Under the pieces are notes generated by a model. It was not told the DNA's origin. It did not search any database and saw only the letters and a program-made list of their open reading frames with translations. DNA of 64,000 bases. Source: an uncultured Thermoleophilia bacterium (GTDB lineage: Bacteria > Actinomycetota > Thermoleophilia > UBA2241). The stretch lies in contig CAVOMB010000060.1 in assembly GCA_963696935.1 (NCBI GenBank), positions 1,704-65,703 on the forward strand, in the 5' to 3' direction. Positions 9,492 through 19,525 of the stretch are shown here, piece by piece (position 1 is the first letter of the stretch; the number at the start of each line of letters is the position of its first letter). Both the position numbers and the translations under genes were made by a program.

Positions 9492-9635
9492 GCCGTCCTC
9501 CTGACAGGGGCGCGATGCGAGATAAACAAAAGACCCGGGCACGGACGTCCCTGGGTCTCTAGGCTCTGGGTGATGTCTTTTGCGCTTTGCGGTGGCAACG
9601 TGCTCCGACTCTACCAGCGCCCCAGCCGAGGGTCA
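9492..9635 (-). promoter_or_regulatory. guaB promoter and ~110-nt leader with intrinsic terminator (putative attenuator or riboswitch)
   Basis: TTGACC-N16-TAGAGT with extended TG (9635-9608); hairpin AGACCCAGGG..CCCGGGTCT (9558-9531) followed by TTTGTTT before the RBS. Confidence 0.6.
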
Positions 9636-9726
9636 ACGCGCGCGGGGTGGGCGCGCGGGGTGGCACAACGCGCGCGAAGAGCGGCGCCCGCGAGGCGCCG
9701 CGGACGCGACGGCGGCCGCGACCGCG

Positions 9727-10230
9727 TCAGGCCGCCTGCTCCCGGTCGGCCGGAAGGCGCAGGCGGATGCCGGCGGTCTCCTCGTAGAGGCGCACCGGCG
9801 TCATCTCCCCCGCGTCGTCGCCGAAGGCGGCGCGGGTGCGAGCGAACAACTGCTCGACGACTGCGCTGAGCTCGGCCGGCACGCCTGCGGCCCGGGCGAG
9901 GTCCATCGCCAGGCGCAGATCCTTGGCGGCGAGCGCCATCGTGAAGCCTTCCTCGTAGTCGCCGCGCGTAAGCAACGGGAGCATGTCGTGCGCGAGGAGA
10001 CGGCTGGTGGTCGGTCCCTCCGCCAGCGCGGTGTGCAGCACGCCGAGGTCCACTCCGGCGCGCGCGCCGATGGTGAGCACCTCGGCGATCGCGACCAGTT
10101 GGTCGAACCACAGCAGGTTGCGCATGAGTTTGACGACGTAGCCGGCCCCGTGGCCGCCGACGTGGAAGATCCGCTCGGGGTCGCCGAGGTGCTCGAGGAT
10201 GGGGCGGGCGACCGCGACGTCGGCGGCGTG
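9727..10230 (-). pseudogene. C-terminal half of an NAD(P)-dependent 3-hydroxyisobutyrate/6-phosphogluconate-dehydrogenase-like oxidoreductase
   Basis: ARPILEHLG..IFHVGGHGAGYVVKLMRN..GFTMALAAKDLRLA; the N-terminal Rossmann fold is missing. Confidence 0.8.
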
Positions 10231-10640
10231 GTCAGTGTGGCCTCACGGTCGTTCTCGTACACCGCCTGCTCGTCGCTGGCAGCCGGGTTCACCCAGACGG
10301 CGGCGATCAGCGCCAGTTCGGCGACCCTGCCGCCGTCGACGACCCCTTCCGCAACCGCATCGGCGACGCCGGCTGCGACGCCGGCCTGAGCGGCGCCCCA
10401 CGTGAGGTCCGCGTGGCGCCCGGGCTCGATCGCCGCCTTGTCGACGAACAGCGTCGGCGGCTGGACCGCGAGCCCCGGCTCCAGCACGGCGACAAAGGGC
10501 ACGTGGCCGGCGCGAGGCGTCGCCAGCGCCGTCGCCCACGCCGTCCCGGCCGGGCCGTCCCTCGGCCCGAGCACGACGTTGACGTGAGCAGCGTCGACCC
10601 CGTCACCGATGAAGGACTCGCCGGTCAGCATCTCGCTCAT
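10231..10640 (-). pseudogene. fae: Formaldehyde-activating enzyme (Fae) family, C-terminally truncated
   Basis: GESFIGDGVDAAHVNVVLG..PPTLFVDK..TWGAAQAGVAAGVADAV..LIAAVWVNP..VYEN; homology ends at ENDREAT. Confidence 0.8.
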
Positions 10641-11094
10641 ACACACCCTCCGCGCACCGGTGCCGGCTCTCGCCGGGGGCCGCGTCGCAGGCCTGCCTCT
10701 CCGTTGCCCGTCGGAGGGCCCGAAACGAATCACCGCTGACGATGCGACCGGCGCGAGCGGAGCGCCGGGAGCGCGACGGCAGGAAGCCCGTACGTGGCCG
10801 GGGCGAGCGAAGGTCCTAGGCAGACGACCGTCGCTCGCCCCTTGGAGGCCAGGCAAGGCAAATGAGCATCTGGGACGTGACCGGGCGCGCCTCCTTGTGG
10901 GTGATTGGGGAGGTCCCGCCGGACCAATCGGGAGCTCGACGCGCTCCCCGAGGAATCTTCGCGCGACCCGGCGGAATCTCTGCCGTCCCTAGAAGCATCG
11001 TCGTACGCCTTCCCCACCGCGATAGGGATACGCCCCCGAATCGCGAGGGACAGGCGGGCGCGGCGCCTCTGCCGGCACGCCGCGCCCGCCGCTG

Positions 11095-12129
11095 CTACCT
11101 GCCTTCCGGCCGACGCCGGCGCAGGAGGGCGAAACCCATGACGAGCACGATGGCCACGAGGCCGCCCATGAGCCCGTACATCAGCCAGGACGTCTTGGAC
11201 CCTCCGCCACTCTCGGCCGGCCCGACCAAACGCTCTCCAAGCTTCTTCGCTTCGGCACTGCCAACGGTGACGTTGCCCGACCAGGTCGCCACCTTGGTGT
11301 CGTCCGCGTAGCGGATCTCGACCGTCGCGGGATACGTGCCCTCCGAGGGATTCCTCTTCCACTTGACCGGATAGTCGGTCTTCGCCGTCGGTATCATGGT
11401 GTCGAGAGAGAACTTGTCGCTGAACGCGGCGTCCGACAGCGAGAGTGAGCCGTTGCCCGTCGTCGCCGCCGTGCCGGTATTCGCGATGGCAATGCTCAAG
11501 TACATGCCGTCGGGACGCGGCGTGGCCATGACCCCCGAGATGACGATCTCAGGAACGGCCGGACCCGGCGTGACGACCTCAACGGCAAGCACGCGGCGCT
11601 CGACGTAGAGGATGCGAGTCCCAGCTTGGTTGGCGGCGGCGGCCGTCGTGAACTTGGTCGTCGCGGAAGGTTCCCACACTGACAGGCCCCCGACATGCTC
11701 GCCCGAGGAGGCGTCAGATGGCACGCTGACGACGAAGGGCACCTTCGCCGATGCTCCCGGAGCGAGCTTCACCGCAGAGCGGGACACCGCGATCCACGTG
11801 CCGACCGCAGCAGAAGTGGCGCCGACATCCGCATAGTCCACGCCGCCATACACCGACGCCCCGCCGTCATTCGAGACGATCCGTAGTGATTGAGCCTTCT
11901 TCGACGTGTTGGTGATGAGAAGGACCCGGGACACCGAAGCGCCGGGCGCCGCGTTGAACTTGAAGTAGCCGAACTCGGCACCGAGAGAGCCGGGAAGCGG
12001 CTGCGCCGTGAAGCCGATGCCTGCCGCCCGGGCGGCGACCGGAGCCAGGAACACGCCCGCGAACGCGGCGAGCACGAGCACTGCCCGGAGAAGTCGCCGG
12101 CCTGACAGGAGTCTGAATCTACGAGTCAT
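11095..12129 (-). CDS. DUF916/DUF3324 WxL-interacting cell-surface protein (CscA-like)
   Basis: Signal peptide, GYFKFNAAPGAS, VKLAPGAS.KVPFVVSVP..GEHVGG, C-terminal TM followed by RRRR. Confidence 0.75.
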   Translation of the reverse strand: MTRRFRLLSGRRLLRAVLVLAAFAGVFLAPVAARAAGIGFTAQPLPGSLGAEFGYFKFNAAPGASVSRVLLITNTSKKAQSLRIVSNDGGASVYGGVDYADVGATSAAVGTWIAVSRSAVKLAPGASAKVPFVVSVPSDASSGEHVGGLSVWEPSATTKFTTAAAANQAGTRILYVERRVLAVEVVTPGPAVPEIVISGVMATPRPDGMYLSIAIANTGTAATTGNGSLSLSDAAFSDKFSLDTMIPTAKTDYPVKWKRNPSEGTYPATVEIRYADDTKVATWSGNVTVGSAEAKKLGERLVGPAESGGGSKTSWLMYGLMGGLVAIVLVMGFALLRRRRPEGR

Positions 12130-12286
12130 GAACCCTCCGTCCCGCCGGCGACCTGCGCCGAGCACTGGAGCGATGCTGGAAGGGAGCCGCCGAGAGCGGA
12201 TGGATCCTCTCGGCGACTCCCGTCGCGGTTCTAGATTCGACGGAGCGAGCACTTCTCAAACCGTCGGCCAGATTGGGCGACTTGGA

Positions 12287-12886
12287 TCACGGACCAGTGG
12301 TCAGCGACATCGTGATGGTGCTCGTGTACACGCCCGCGTAGGCGTTCGTCGGAACTGAGAGAGTCCAGTCGCCGCCCTGCGAGAAGTCGTACCAACCCAT
12401 GCCCGCGCTGCCGTCGTCCGGCGCGCTGGCGAACTGCACGGAGCCGCTGGCCGCGTCGATGGCGACGGGGTCGGTCCGCGAGAGCGTCGGAACGGGCCCA
12501 GAGTCGTTAGAGAGTGCGTTCTTGTCCACCGTCATCACCGGAACGCTGAGCGAGCCGGCCGCCAGATCCTTGCCCGCAGTCGTCCCGTTGGCGAAGATGG
12601 TGGCGTGCAGCGTGACGTTCCAGCCGGCGCCCATGCCGCGCGGATCGTTGATCGAGAACCCGCTGAACTCACCGGTCGCCGTCTGCGCCACGCCCGTCAG
12701 GGTGATCGGCGAAAGGTGCGCCGGCACGGTCATCGCGGACTGGATCGCCAAGTCGCCGCCGGCGACCGTCGTGTCTGTGGTGGGGTCGGTGGCGAGCGCC
12801 ACACCCGCGGCCATGGCGAAGATCACCACAGCCAGGGCGCTCAGCAGAGCCACCTTCCACATGTGTTGTCCGATCCTGTGCTTCAT
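12287..12886 (-). CDS. WxL-domain secreted protein (CscB-like)
   Basis: Signal peptide; INDPRGMGAGWNVTL; WTLSVP..YAGVYTSTITMSLTTGP. Confidence 0.75.
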   Translation of the reverse strand: MKHRIGQHMWKVALLSALAVVIFAMAAGVALATDPTTDTTVAGGDLAIQSAMTVPAHLSPITLTGVAQTATGEFSGFSINDPRGMGAGWNVTLHATIFANGTTAGKDLAAGSLSVPVMTVDKNALSNDSGPVPTLSRTDPVAIDAASGSVQFASAPDDGSAGMGWYDFSQGGDWTLSVPTNAYAGVYTSTITMSLTTGP

Positions 12887-13241
12887 CTGGACCGCCTCCT
12901 CCTTGTGCGACAACTGCGTCGCAAGCCGTGGGTTGAACCTGTCTCAGGCAGTATCGCCATCCGGGGATGCGCTCAACAGAGCCCTGGCACCCCAGCATGA
13001 GGGCCCCTGTTGCCCGCAAGGTAGACACGGACCTCAATGACCTTCCGTAGGGAGGCAGACGGATGTTCGAGCCCCAGGGAATCTGCAATCCAGAGAAGGT
13101 GGCATCGGGGCGCCGTCAGGCTCGCAAGAGGGTGGCGCCGGCGCGGACGCCCTGCCTCTCGGACATGGGTACGCTGCCTGCCGCGCCAGGCAGGGACCTA
13201 TGACGCCTGGCAAGGGCACTAGACGGACGTTCCACGGCGAG

Positions 13242-13330
13242 CGGACACCCGGAAGGCACCACGCGGACGCACGGAAGGTACTGTGAAATCGCGTGCGCGG
13301 AAATGGAGACCGGGACCCGCGTGCGCGGAA
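13242..13330. repeat. Two pairs of short direct repeats upstream of the WxL operon
   Basis: CGGACnCnCGGAAGG at 13242 and 13264; CGCGTGCGCGGAA at 13290 and 13318. Confidence 0.6.
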
Positions 13331-13417
13331 CTGGAGGAAGGTGTGAGCAGATGGCGCCCGGGGGAGCCCCGGCCACGGCGCGGCGGGCCCCCGGAGCGGG
13401 GCCCGCGCGTCCGATAT

Positions 13418-14086
13418 CTAGCCTCTGTTGTCGATGAGGTGCAGCTCCATGCCCTTGACGATGGCCTCGGAGCGGCTGCGCACGTCGAGCTTGCGGTAGA
13501 TGGCCGAGATGTGGTTCTGCACCGTCTTCTTGCTCAGGAAGAGCTGGGAGGCCATCTGCGCCGGCGACTTGGGCGTGGCGAGCAGCCGCAGGATCTCGAG
13601 CTCCCTGTCGGTGAGCGCGAGGCGGCGCTGCTCGTAGGCGCCGGGGGCGTAGTCGAGCTGGCGGATGCCCTCGCCGAGGTTCTGGGCGACGCCGGTGCTG
13701 AGCACCGTGCCGCCGCGCATCACGAGGTCGATGGCGGCGAACAGCTGGTCGGGCTCGGCGTCCTTGGCCACGTAGCCGCGCGCGCCCGCCGAGATGGCGC
13801 TGAACAGCGCGTCGCGGTCCTCGCGCGCGCTCAGCATGACGACCTTGACGTCGTCGCGGCGCTCGTTGAGCCACCGCGCCACCTCCAGGCCGTTCAGGCC
13901 CGGCATGGCGATGTCGAGCAGCAGGACACAGCCCTGGTGCTCGGCGACGGCCGTCAGCGCCTCGTCGCCGCTGGTCGCCTCCGCGGCCACCACGTAGCCC
14001 TCGGCCTCGAGCAGTTGACGCAGTCCCTGACGGAACAGCGCGTGGTCGTCGGCGATGATCACTCTTCCCTTGTCGCTCACAGTCAT
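13418..14086 (-). CDS. NarL/LuxR family response regulator
   Basis: IIADDHALFRQGL, LLDIAMPGLNG, LTDRELEIL..LFLSKKTVQNHISAIYRKL. Confidence 0.95.
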   Translation of the reverse strand: MTVSDKGRVIIADDHALFRQGLRQLLEAEGYVVAAEATSGDEALTAVAEHQGCVLLLDIAMPGLNGLEVARWLNERRDDVKVVMLSAREDRDALFSAISAGARGYVAKDAEPDQLFAAIDLVMRGGTVLSTGVAQNLGEGIRQLDYAPGAYEQRRLALTDRELEILRLLATPKSPAQMASQLFLSKKTVQNHISAIYRKLDVRSRSEAIVKGMELHLIDNRG

Positions 14087-15483
14087 GTCGCCCCCAACAG
14101 GAGTGAGACGAGATCGAGGTAGAGCTCGATCTCTACGGGTTTGGGCCGGTACCATGCGCGCCTGTCGCGCACCTCGGCCAAGGCCGCCCCTGCGGCCGGG
14201 TCGCTGCTCACGAGGAGCACCGGGGTCCCGGGCGACAGGCGCGTCGCGATGTCTATACCGGTCATGGTACCCGGCAGGTGGTAGTCAAGCGCCGCGCAGT
14301 CCCACCGCTCCGAATCCAGTGGGACATCCTTCCCTGCGGCGGCCGCGGTGACGCTGGCGCCGCACTCCTCGAGCGCGATGACCGCGGCCTCGCGGAGCGG
14401 AGCGTCGTCCTCCACGACGAGGATACGCGCTCCGCGCAGCCGTGCGTGCCGCGGCAGCGGAAGGCGCACGGTGAACACGGCGCCGCCGCCCCTGCGGTTG
14501 CCGGAGGAGATGCTGCCGCCGGCGTCGTCGATGAGGCGGCGGGTCAGCCACAGGCCGAGACCCGTGCCGCTCGACTTGGTCGTGTAGAAGGCCTCGAACA
14601 CGTTGCCGTCGGGCAAGCCCGGGCCGCGGTCGGCGATGGTGATGGTGAGCGCGTCTTCGTCGCTGCTCAGCGTCACCGTCACCGCGGCCTTGCTGCCACT
14701 GGCCTGCACGGCGTTGACGATGAGATTGCTGACCACCGAGCGGAGGTCGTTCTCGGCCAGCGCCACCCGGGGCTCGCCGGAGGCTCCGCGCAGCTGGATG
14801 CGTGCGTCCTCGTGGCGCCGGTGCAGGTCGTCCACCACGTCGCGCAGGAGCGGCACGACGGGAGTGAGCGCCATACCGCCGGCCTTGGCGAGGTCGGGGT
14901 TGATGGAGTGCATTATCGCGCCGATGCGGTCGAGGCAGAGCCTCGTCTGGTCCTTGATGATGTCCAGCCGCTCCAGGGAGGTGGCGTCGTCGCCCAGCGC
15001 GCGCCGCATGAGGTTGGCGTAGAGCTCCACGGTGGCGAGCGGCGACTTGAGCTCGTGCGCCATGGCGCTGGCGATACGGCCGACCTCGGCGAAGCGCTGG
15101 GCCTCGGCCGCTCGCTGCTCCTCGGCGAGGGCGTCGGTGAGGTCGGCGAAGAACACCGCGGTGGCGCCGTCGCCGAGCAGTGAGGCGCTGTAGCCGAGCA
15201 CCTGCTGACCGCCCGTCCCTGCGACGGTGAGCTGACGCCGGGCCACGGTCAGGCCCGTACGCCGCGTCTCGCGAAGGACCCCGGCGAGCGCGGCGACCGC
15301 CGCGTCCCCCTCGGCGAGCTCGTCGAGGTCGCGCCCGAGGACGTCCCCGACGTCCACGCCGAGGACACGAGCCGCCGCGGGGTTGAACACGCCGACGCGA
15401 CCGTCACCATCTGCGGCGATGGCGGCGGTCTGGACGTGCTGCAGTACTGTGCCCGCGAGCTGGTCTATCGCCCGGTCCTCCAC
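14083..15483 (-). CDS. Cytoplasmic hybrid sensor histidine kinase (PAS-HisKA-HATPase-REC)
   Basis: AHELKSPL, NLIVNAVQA, DRGPG, FYTTKSSGTGLGL, C-terminal ILVVEDD..LDYHLPG. Confidence 0.9.
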   Translation of the reverse strand: MEDRAIDQLAGTVLQHVQTAAIAADGDGRVGVFNPAAARVLGVDVGDVLGRDLDELAEGDAAVAALAGVLRETRRTGLTVARRQLTVAGTGGQQVLGYSASLLGDGATAVFFADLTDALAEEQRAAEAQRFAEVGRIASAMAHELKSPLATVELYANLMRRALGDDATSLERLDIIKDQTRLCLDRIGAIMHSINPDLAKAGGMALTPVVPLLRDVVDDLHRRHEDARIQLRGASGEPRVALAENDLRSVVSNLIVNAVQASGSKAAVTVTLSSDEDALTITIADRGPGLPDGNVFEAFYTTKSSGTGLGLWLTRRLIDDAGGSISSGNRRGGGAVFTVRLPLPRHARLRGARILVVEDDAPLREAAVIALEECGASVTAAAAGKDVPLDSERWDCAALDYHLPGTMTGIDIATRLSPGTPVLLVSSDPAAGAALAEVRDRRAWYRPKPVEIELYLDLVSLLLGAT

Positions 15484-15615
15484 TCCCTCGGCTCACCCCC
15501 CGAAAAGCAGTATGTCCCGAGAAAACGGGTTACGAACGCGGTCGGACGCAGATGTGCACTCGGAGCAGGCGACGCCGGACCTCTCAGACGGCGACGGGCG
15601 GCGCCGGAGCCGGGC

Positions 15616-16570
15616 TCAGGAGCTCGCGGGGAGCTCCTCGACGTCGGTGTCGTCAAGGAGCTTGGCCGCGAGCGCGGCGTCGAGGACGCCGGCGCCGAAG
15701 CGCTGGGTGTTGGCGGCGCCGGCGGCCAGGCCGTGCCGCAGGCACTCCGGGAGCTTCGAGCTTCTGGAAGCGCGCGCTGATGAAGCCGGCGAGGAACGAG
15801 TCGCCGGAGCCGACCGTGCTGACCACGGTCTCGAGCGGCGCGACGGTGCCGCGGAACACGCGCTGCTTGCGCCCCACCTGGAAGCGGGCCACGCAACCGT
15901 ACTGCGTCTTGATGATGACGTTGCGCGCGCCCATCTCGCAGACGATGCCGGTGGCGTCGACGAGGTCCTGGTCGTCGTGGAACTCGTGGCCGACAAGGTC
16001 CTCGGCCTCGCGCAGGTTGGGCAGCACCAGGCTGGGCTGCGCGCGGACGCCGCGACGCAGAGGCTCGGCGGCGCTGTCGAGGATCACGAAGCAACGGTGC
16101 TTGCGGATGCGCTGCAGCGCGGCCGCGTAGAAGTCCTCCGACATCTTGCGCGGCAGCGAGCCGGCGAGCACGACGAACCGCGCGCCCCTGGCGAGGTACT
16201 CGATCTTCTCGAGCAGGGACTCCGTCTCCGCCTCGGTGACAATGGGGCCGTACTCGACGACCTCGGTCTGCGTCATGGTGGTGGGGTCGACCACGGCCGT
16301 GGAGGTACGCGACTCCCCGCCGATGTGCACGAAGTCATTCAGGATGTTCTCGCGCTGCAGGCCTTCGACGATGAGCTGGCCCGCGCGCCCGCCCACGAGC
16401 CCGGTGATGACCACGGGCTCGCCCAGCGTCTTGAGCGCCCGGGCGATGTTGACACCCTTGCCCCCCGGAAGCGTGAGGCTCTCGGGAGCGCGGTGCCGGA
16501 ACCCGGTCTGGAAGTTGGGAACGGTGAGTGTCTTGTCAACCGCAGCGTTGGGCGTGACGGTGATGATCAC
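15616..16570 (-). pseudogene. 1-phosphofructokinase/PfkB-family sugar kinase with a frameshift near 15750
   Basis: MIITVTPNAAVD, GGKGVNIA, VGSGDSFLAG; C-terminus ECLRHGLAAGAAN is in another frame. Confidence 0.85.
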
Positions 16571-16720
16571 GCGAGGCCTCCTGTGACCTTCGCACAGAAG
16601 CCGGCGCCTGTGCGGCGCCGGCCCTCGGCGGCGCTCAGTATACCACCGCACCGGGACAGGCCCCACCTTGACACTGCCGGAGCGCGGCGATACGTTCAGC
16701 AAGCGTCAACCAAGCGCATT

Positions 16721-16875
16721 CCTCGTTAGGTGAGGCTCCGGCACACATAGAAGCCGTTGCCCGGAAACGTCCAGAGACGCCAACGGGTAGGACAGGCACT
16801 ACCGGCACAAGGTTTTGCCCGAAACGGCTGAGGCTCTGACCTCTACGGTGTGTTGTGCCAAAGCTGGGACGAGTG
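16721..16875 (+). ncRNA. M-box (ykoK) Mg2+ riboswitch
   Basis: CTCGTTAGGTGAGGCTCC..GTTGCCCGGAAACGTCCAGAGACGCCAACGGGT..ACAGG..CACAAGG..GTGCCAAAGCT..ACGAG follows the M-box consensus; lies upstream of Mg transport genes. Confidence 0.95.
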
Positions 16876-16904
16876 AGGATCGCCCCTTCGCTCTGCGCGC
16901 CCGG

Positions 16905-16930
16905 AGCCTCCCCGACAGGGAGGCTTTTGT
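16905..16930 (+). terminator. Riboswitch expression-platform terminator
   Basis: AGCCTCCC-cgaca-GGGAGGCT followed by TTTGT. Confidence 0.85.
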
Positions 16931-16973
16931 ATGTCTGGTGGCTGTACGCCGTCACGCGAGGGAGGTGAGGCCT

Positions 16974-18224
16974 GTGTTCTACCTGAGCAAGCTGCTCGGC
17001 AGTCCCGTCAAGGACGTCGAGAACAAATCCGCCGGGACGCTCCACGACCTGGTGGTCAGTACGAGACAGGCCTACCCGCGCGTGACCGCCGTGAGCGTCA
17101 AGTGGCGCGGCAAGGTGGTCTACGCGCCGTGGGACGCCGTGAGCAGCTTCGAGGAGTCGGGCCTCATGCTGCGCATCCCCGGCTCCGAGCTCGCCGAGCG
17201 TGAGCTCGAGACCGACGAGCTCCTCCTCTCGGCGAGGTTCCTCGACAAGCAGCTGGTCGACACCGAGGGCCGCAAGGTCATCCGTGTCAACGACATCCAG
17301 CTGCTGCGCAACGGGCCCTTCGTGCACGTCGCTGCGGTGGACGTGTCCAGCAACGCCATCCTGCGCCGCGTCGGCCTCGCCATGGTGGGCGAGCGCCTGG
17401 CCAAGGGCCGCCAGAACCCCAAGCCGCACCTGATCGACTGGAAGGACGTCGACATCGAGCAGACCGACGACGCCGCGGTGCGGCTCGCCGTGCCTCAGAC
17501 CAAGCTCGAACTGCTGCACCCCGCAGACATCGCCGAGCTCGTGCACGAGCTCTCTCCGGAGGAGCGGGCGGCGATCTTCGACGCCCTCGAGGACGACCTC
17601 GCCGCCGACACCTTCGAGGAGCTGCACCCGTCGTACCAGGCGTCGCTGCTGCTCGACCTGCCGGACGACAAGGCCAGCGAGATCCTCAACGAGATGTCGC
17701 CGGACGACGCCGCCGACCTGCTGGCGGACCTGCCGGACGACCGCCGCCAGCACTTCATCGCCATGATGGAGAAGGACGACGCCGAGGACATGCGCGAGCT
17801 GTTGAGCTACCCGGAACACTCCGCCGGCGGCATCATGACGACCAACTACGCCTGGGCGCGCCTCGACGACACGGCCTACAAGGCGATCGAGAGGCTGCGC
17901 GAACAGGAAGAAGAGGCGGAGACCGTCTACTACATCTACGTGGTCGACCGCTCCGAGCACCTGCGCGGCGTGTTCTCGCTGCGCGAGCTGGTCATGTCGA
18001 CGCCGGACCGCAAGGTGCGCGAGTTCATGACCGAGAACCCCATCTCCGTGCGCCCCGAGGCCAGCGAAGAAGAGATCACCGAGGTGATCGCCAAGTACAA
18101 CCTGCTCGCCCTCCCCGTCGTGGACCAGGAGGGTGAGCTGCACGGCATCATCACCATCGACGACGCCATCGACCTGGTGCTTCCGCTCGCGTGGAAGAAG
18201 CGCCTGCCGAGGATCTTCCATTGA
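16974..18224 (+). CDS. Soluble MgtE-N/CBS-domain protein with an N-terminal PRC-barrel and no transmembrane pore
   Basis: LHPADIAEL, MSPDDAADLL, YPEHSAGGIMTT, CBS pair (YYIYVVD, LPVVD..GIITIDD). Confidence 0.9.
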   Translation: MFYLSKLLGSPVKDVENKSAGTLHDLVVSTRQAYPRVTAVSVKWRGKVVYAPWDAVSSFEESGLMLRIPGSELAERELETDELLLSARFLDKQLVDTEGRKVIRVNDIQLLRNGPFVHVAAVDVSSNAILRRVGLAMVGERLAKGRQNPKPHLIDWKDVDIEQTDDAAVRLAVPQTKLELLHPADIAELVHELSPEERAAIFDALEDDLAADTFEELHPSYQASLLLDLPDDKASEILNEMSPDDAADLLADLPDDRRQHFIAMMEKDDAEDMRELLSYPEHSAGGIMTTNYAWARLDDTAYKAIERLREQEEEAETVYYIYVVDRSEHLRGVFSLRELVMSTPDRKVREFMTENPISVRPEASEEEITEVIAKYNLLALPVVDQEGELHGIITIDDAIDLVLPLAWKKRLPRIFH

Positions 18225-18234
18225 GGAGGCCTCG

Positions 18235-19509
18235 ATGGCGCAGGCTCAGCGCAGGGTAGGCAGCTTGCGGCACGCCGGGCGCATCGGCCGCACCCGGCTC
18301 CTCGTCATCCTCGCGATGGTGGGGCCCGGCTTCATCGCGGCCAACGCCGGCAACGACGCCGGCGGCATCACGACGTGGTCGGTGATCGGCTCCCGCTACG
18401 GCTACAGCCTGATCTGGCTGCTGGTCCTGATCACGCCGGTCCTCGCCATCGTGCAGGAGATGAACGCCCGCGTCGGAGTGGTCACCGGACGCGGGCTCGC
18501 CGGGCTCATCCGCGAGAACTTCAGCCTCAAGATCACCGCGCTGGCGATCCTCGCCACGGTGATCGCCAACTTCGGCACCACCGTGGCGGAGTTCAGCGGC
18601 GTGGCCGCCGCGAGCAGCCTGTTCCACGTGCCCTCCTTCGTGGCCGTGCCCGTCGTCGCCGTGGGCGTCTGGCTGCTCGTCACGCGCGGGTCGTACCGCA
18701 AGGTGGAGCGCGTGCTGCTCGTCCTCGGCTTCGTGGTCCTGACCTACGTCGTCTCCGGCATCCTGGCCGGCCCCGACTGGGGCGAGGCGCTCCACGGCGC
18801 CACACACCCCTACGTCTCGTGGAACAGCTTATGGATCTTCACCGTCATCGCCGCCATCGGGACCACGCTCACGCCCTGGGGCCAGTTCTTCATCCAGGCG
18901 GCGGTGGTGGACAAGAAGGTCTCGTGGAAGCAGTTCGTGTACACCAAGTACGAGATCTACGCCGGCTCCGTCTTCATGACGACGATCGACTTCTTCATCG
19001 TCATCGCCTGCGCCGCCACGCTCTACAAGGAGGGCGTCGTCGTCCAGTCCGCGGAGGAGGCGGCCCAGGCCCTGGTGCCGTTCCTCGGCGCGGCGGCGCA
19101 GTACCTCTTCGCCGTCGGCCTGCTGAGCGTGTCCGTCCTCGCCGCCGGCGTGCTGCCGCTGGCCACCGCCTATGTGGTCTGCGAGGCGTTCGGCTTCGAG
19201 AGCGGCCTCGACAACTCGTTCCGCGACGCGCCGGTGTTCAACGGCCTCATCACCTTCCTGATGTTCGTGCCGGCGGCCGTGGCCATCATCCCCGGGCTGC
19301 CGCTGGTGAAGGTCATCCTCGTAGCCCAGTCCCTCAACGGCATCTTGCTGCCGGTGATCCTCATCTTCACGCTGCTGCTCATCAACGACCGCCGTGTGAT
19401 GGGGACGCACACCAACGGCAGGATACGCAATGTGATCGCCTGGACCTTCACCATCACGCTCATCGGCATGAGCGCCGTCCTGCTGCTCTCCCCGCTGTTC
19501 ACCTCGTGA
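18235..19509 (+). CDS. Nramp-related Mg2+ transporter (NRMT type), paralogue 1
   Basis: GPGFIAANAGNDAGGI (TM1) and GTTLTPWGQFF (TM6) in place of the Nramp DPGN/MPH motifs. Confidence 0.88.
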   Translation: MAQAQRRVGSLRHAGRIGRTRLLVILAMVGPGFIAANAGNDAGGITTWSVIGSRYGYSLIWLLVLITPVLAIVQEMNARVGVVTGRGLAGLIRENFSLKITALAILATVIANFGTTVAEFSGVAAASSLFHVPSFVAVPVVAVGVWLLVTRGSYRKVERVLLVLGFVVLTYVVSGILAGPDWGEALHGATHPYVSWNSLWIFTVIAAIGTTLTPWGQFFIQAAVVDKKVSWKQFVYTKYEIYAGSVFMTTIDFFIVIACAATLYKEGVVVQSAEEAAQALVPFLGAAAQYLFAVGLLSVSVLAAGVLPLATAYVVCEAFGFESGLDNSFRDAPVFNGLITFLMFVPAAVAIIPGLPLVKVILVAQSLNGILLPVILIFTLLLINDRRVMGTHTNGRIRNVIAWTFTITLIGMSAVLLLSPLFTS

Positions 19510-19525
19510 CCCCGGAGAGCGACAG

